Under the pieces are notes generated by a model that was given only the letters and a program-made list of their open reading frames with translations, was not told the origin of the DNA and searched no databases. Below, piece after piece: positions 61,113 through 64,000 of a stretch of 64,000 nucleotides of DNA. The DNA comes from Synechococcus sp. (GTDB taxonomy: Bacteria; Cyanobacteriota; Cyanobacteriia; Thermostichales; PCC-7336), in the NCBI GenBank assembly GCA_051439605.1, contig JBFRWN010000142.1, forward strand, positions 1 through 64,000, given 5' to 3'. Positions within the stretch are counted from its first letter, which is position 1. Each line of letters starts with the position of its first letter. The position numbers and the translations under genes are program-made.

Positions 61113-61862
61113 ATGCGCTCATTATTAGCCGCCATTGCCTTTTACACCGTGATTCCTTTACCCAAAAAACTGTCCCTCAATTTTGAGCGAGTGGCCCGCT
61201 GGCTGCCTGTTGTAGGTTTGGGACTTGGAGGCATTTTGGCTGGGGTAGATGCACTGTTGGGGTGGGTGCTTGCCCCAGCAATGCGATCGCTGTTGGTGCT
61301 GTGTTTTTGGTTGGGGATTACAGGAGGGCTGCATCTGGATGGGGCGATGGATACCGCTGACGGACTTGCCGCTGGCGATCGCACGGTACGGGGGACTGAG
61401 CGGCGATTAGAGGCCATGTCCGATAGCTATACCGGTGCGTTTGGGGTGATGGTGGCGATCGTACTGCTGCTGTTGAAATTTGTTTCAGTCATGCATTTAC
61501 CTCAACCCCGCTGGATTTGGCTGCTGCTTACCCCCATGTGGGGGCGGTGGGCACAGTTGGGGGCTATTGCCTTCTACCCCTATCTCAAACCACAGGGCAA
61601 AGGACGGTTTCTGAAGGACAGTACCTCCTTAACAGAATTTGTCGTCCCGACGGGATCCGTAGTGGTGGTTTGTGCCATAACGCGGTTGCTGACAAAGCAG
61701 ACGCAGACACCTGCTGTTGCCCTCTGGATGCTGATTTCTGCAGCGATCGCGTTGGGGGTGGGGGCATGGTTCAATCGCCAGTTTGGGGGGCATACCGGCG
61801 ACACCTACGGGGCTACGGTGGAATGGACAGAGGCGATCGTATTGGTGATAGCTACGTTGTAA
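61113..61862 (+). CDS. cobS: Adenosylcobinamide-GDP ribazoletransferase (cobalamin synthase)
   Basis: ITGGLHLDGAMDTADGL, MSDS.TGAFG, GGHTGDTYGA. Confidence 0.93.
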   Translation: MRSLLAAIAFYTVIPLPKKLSLNFERVARWLPVVGLGLGGILAGVDALLGWVLAPAMRSLLVLCFWLGITGGLHLDGAMDTADGLAAGDRTVRGTERRLEAMSDSYTGAFGVMVAIVLLLLKFVSVMHLPQPRWIWLLLTPMWGRWAQLGAIAFYPYLKPQGKGRFLKDSTSLTEFVVPTGSVVVVCAITRLLTKQTQTPAVALWMLISAAIALGVGAWFNRQFGGHTGDTYGATVEWTEAIVLVIATL

Positions 61863-62050
61863 GCTTCCATGCCATTGTGTCTATGCCAATTGTCAGATTC
61901 ATAGCCAGGCGCATTACTTTAGAAGTTATCTGGTAGCAAAATTGCTATCTATATCTTAGAGAAAGTCTCTTATTGATCCATGAATTCTCCTTTCACTGGA
62001 ATCCAAAGCTCTATGCAACAATTGCGTAGAACTGTGTCATTCATTACGTT

Positions 62051-63508
62051 TTGCTGGGCATGCCCATCCAACAGAAGCTGAAGCCTGCTCTGCGTGCGCT
62101 GGCGGTTTCGGCACGTCCCCTAGCGACCTTATCAGTATTGGTGGCCACGGACCTGGCGGCCCTGGCCCTAGCGGCTGTGGTCAGCGTGTGGGGACGGCTG
62201 TGGTTGGGGGGGAGTTACTCTCCCTCGCTGTACTGGCCGATGTGGCCGTTGCTAGGTCTATTTTTGTTGGGGTACAGCATTGTGGGGCTGTATGCAGGCG
62301 TGGCCCTTAGCCCTGCAGATGAATTGCGTCGCACCACCGTTACCACCACCTTGATTTTCGTAGCGTTGGGAACGGCGACATTCTTGCTCAGAAACATCGA
62401 TATCAATGTCTATTCTCGCGGTGTTTTTCTTCTGGCTTGGTTGATGTCTGTAGCTGCTGTGCCTCTGGGTCGGGGCTTGGTGCGTCAACTGTTTGCTTCT
62501 CAGCCCTGGTGGGGTTATCCAGTTTTAGTGCTGGGGGCAGGAAAAACAGGCTCTATGGTCATCGAGACACTCCGTGCCCGACCTGAAATTGGCCTTAAAC
62601 CTGTTGCGGTATTGGATGACGATCCAAGCAAGCACGGTTCGCTGATGGGGATTCCGGTGGTAGGCAAGGTGAGTCGAGCTCCAGAACTGGCCCGCCGACT
62701 GCATTTGACCTATGCGATTGTGGCGATGCCTGGGGTCACTAGCTCACAGGTAGTGAACCTGTTAGAGAAGTACGGCCAGCTGTTTCGCCATGTCTTGTTT
62801 ATTCCCGATCTGTTTGGCTTTTCCAGTTTGTGGGTGGTTGCTAGAGATATGGGGGGGGTGCTGGGCCTAGAGGTGCGACAACAGCTCCTGCTGCCTGGGC
62901 CGCAATTGCTTAAGGTGTGTTTAAACATGCTGCTGACCTTGGTGAGTGGCCTGCTGATCTTCCCCTTGATTGTGGTGTGTGCACTGGCGATTAAGCTTGA
63001 TTCCCACGGACCGGTGTTTTACGGCCATACTCGCATCGGCAAAGGACGACAGCATTTTACCGCCTGGAAATTCCGCTCGATGTACCTGGATAGCGATCGC
63101 ATTTTGGCAGAATATCTGCAAGCCCACCCAGAAATGCAGGAGGAGTGGAAACAGGAGCGCAAGCTCAAGGACGATCCGCGTATTACTCGGGTCGGTAAAT
63201 TTCTGCGACGGACTAGTCTAGATGAGCTTCCACAGCTGTGGAACGTTTTGTTGGGGGAAATGAGTTTAGTAGGACCGCGACCGATTGTGGACGATGAAGT
63301 ACCTCTGTACGGCGACAAGTTTGACTTGTATCTGAAGGTATTGCCTGGCATTACGGGATTGTGGCAGGTGTCCGGTCGCAGCGATACAACCTATAACCAA
63401 CGGGTCAAATTAGATGAGTATTACGTGCGTAATTGGTCTGTTTGGTTGGATATTTACATTTTGACGAAAACCATTTGGGTGGCCCTGCGAGCTAAAGGGG
63501 CTTACTAG
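62051..63508 (+). CDS. wbaP: Undecaprenyl-phosphate galactose/glucose phosphotransferase
   Basis: Four N-terminal TM segments, CoA_binding_3-like LGAG, KFRSM, DDPRITRVG.FLRRTSLDELPQ, PGITGLWQVSGR. Confidence 0.85.
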   Translation: MLGMPIQQKLKPALRALAVSARPLATLSVLVATDLAALALAAVVSVWGRLWLGGSYSPSLYWPMWPLLGLFLLGYSIVGLYAGVALSPADELRRTTVTTTLIFVALGTATFLLRNIDINVYSRGVFLLAWLMSVAAVPLGRGLVRQLFASQPWWGYPVLVLGAGKTGSMVIETLRARPEIGLKPVAVLDDDPSKHGSLMGIPVVGKVSRAPELARRLHLTYAIVAMPGVTSSQVVNLLEKYGQLFRHVLFIPDLFGFSSLWVVARDMGGVLGLEVRQQLLLPGPQLLKVCLNMLLTLVSGLLIFPLIVVCALAIKLDSHGPVFYGHTRIGKGRQHFTAWKFRSMYLDSDRILAEYLQAHPEMQEEWKQERKLKDDPRITRVGKFLRRTSLDELPQLWNVLLGEMSLVGPRPIVDDEVPLYGDKFDLYLKVLPGITGLWQVSGRSDTTYNQRVKLDEYYVRNWSVWLDIYILTKTIWVALRAKGAY

Positions 63509-63877
63509 CTTTCTGGATCTCCTTCATGTCAGCTCAACTAAGACTTGTTCGGCCAATCTCAACTTCCCGATTGGATCCTATTCATTGCTTTATTTGATGT
63601 AAGTAAGGAGTGTTCAGCAGATGTTGTAGCTTGACATAAGGATAACAATTTTAAAATGCTCCTGAAAGCAACTACTCTCTTAGTATTTGATTCATTCGGA
63701 GTTTTGTAAATGAGTGATAATATACGTAAGTCATTGTTAGGATCCTGATGTCATAGCCTATTGATCTTGAGACGTTATTTCTGGTTTTATACTTATCTAT
63801 ATCTAATCAAATATTGCCAAGGTTCATATACAATATGTAAACCCTAAAATTTAGTCAGCACCAACGATCTAGAATCA

Positions 63878-64000
63878 ATGAAACTAACAATTTTTAATTC
63901 CTGGCGTAAGTCTGCATCTGTCATAATTTTATCAACAACTCTAATTCGTCTTTTGACTCTAGGTGCATATCCTCTAACAGATAGAACTGAGGCCCGCTAT
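63878..64000 (+). CDS. N-terminus (runs off the window) of a probable ArnT/PMT-family glycosyltransferase
   Basis: MKLTIFNSWRKSASVIILSTTLIRLLTLGAYPLTDRTEARY: TM1 followed by a D-x-x-E-A-R-Y motif. Confidence 0.6.
   Translation, partial: MKLTIFNSWRKSASVIILSTTLIRLLTLGAYPLTDRTEARY

Larger units (their letters stand above)
691..61750. repeat. Dispersed HIP1 octamer GCGATCGC (many copies; the range spans the first to the last copy noticed)
   Basis: Examples at 691, 3153, 15703, 15726, 15732, 17991 and 25090, plus dozens more; a cyanobacterial hallmark. Confidence 0.9.

Noticed and set aside
1..64000. CRISPR array, tRNA/rRNA, IS elements
   Set aside because: The repeats found are two- or three-copy tandem units without spacers; no tRNA arms, transposase or integrase motifs were seen by eye

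Overview
Chromosomal window from a cyanobacterium (psbA, bicA, glgB, hpf/lrtA, many HIP1 GCGATCGC octamers). The left ~25 kb is accessory and has four parts. (1) A 'rogue' D1 (psbA) that has lost most Mn4CaO5 ligands and also the P_D1 axial His198. It is divergently linked to a compact anaerobic-type cluster: ADP-forming acyl-CoA synthetase, an uncharacterised Rossmann protein, a split-subunit 2-oxoacid:ferredoxin oxidoreductase, a Glu/Leu/Phe/Val dehydrogenase and a HAD-IIA phosphatase. (2) A mutagenesis cassette with a UmuDAb-like umuD preceded by an operator-like inverted repeat, umuC and SRAP. A secreted-protein gene and a decayed second copy of the umuC 3' end lie between umuC and SRAP. 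(3) An AT-rich DUF4071/TPR/SLOG-like putative conflict protein. (4) A tandem pair of polysaccharide-lyase-like genes with complementary domain content. The right ~38 kb is mostly ordinary housekeeping: amidase, REC-PP2C, 5-oxoprolinase, hisIE, GGDEF/EAL, ABC transporter, glgB, bicA, antiporter, hpf, cobS, wbaP and the start of an ArnT-like gene. I saw no rRNA, tRNA, CRISPR array, integrase or transposase. All calls come from motif recognition by eye; no database searches were run.
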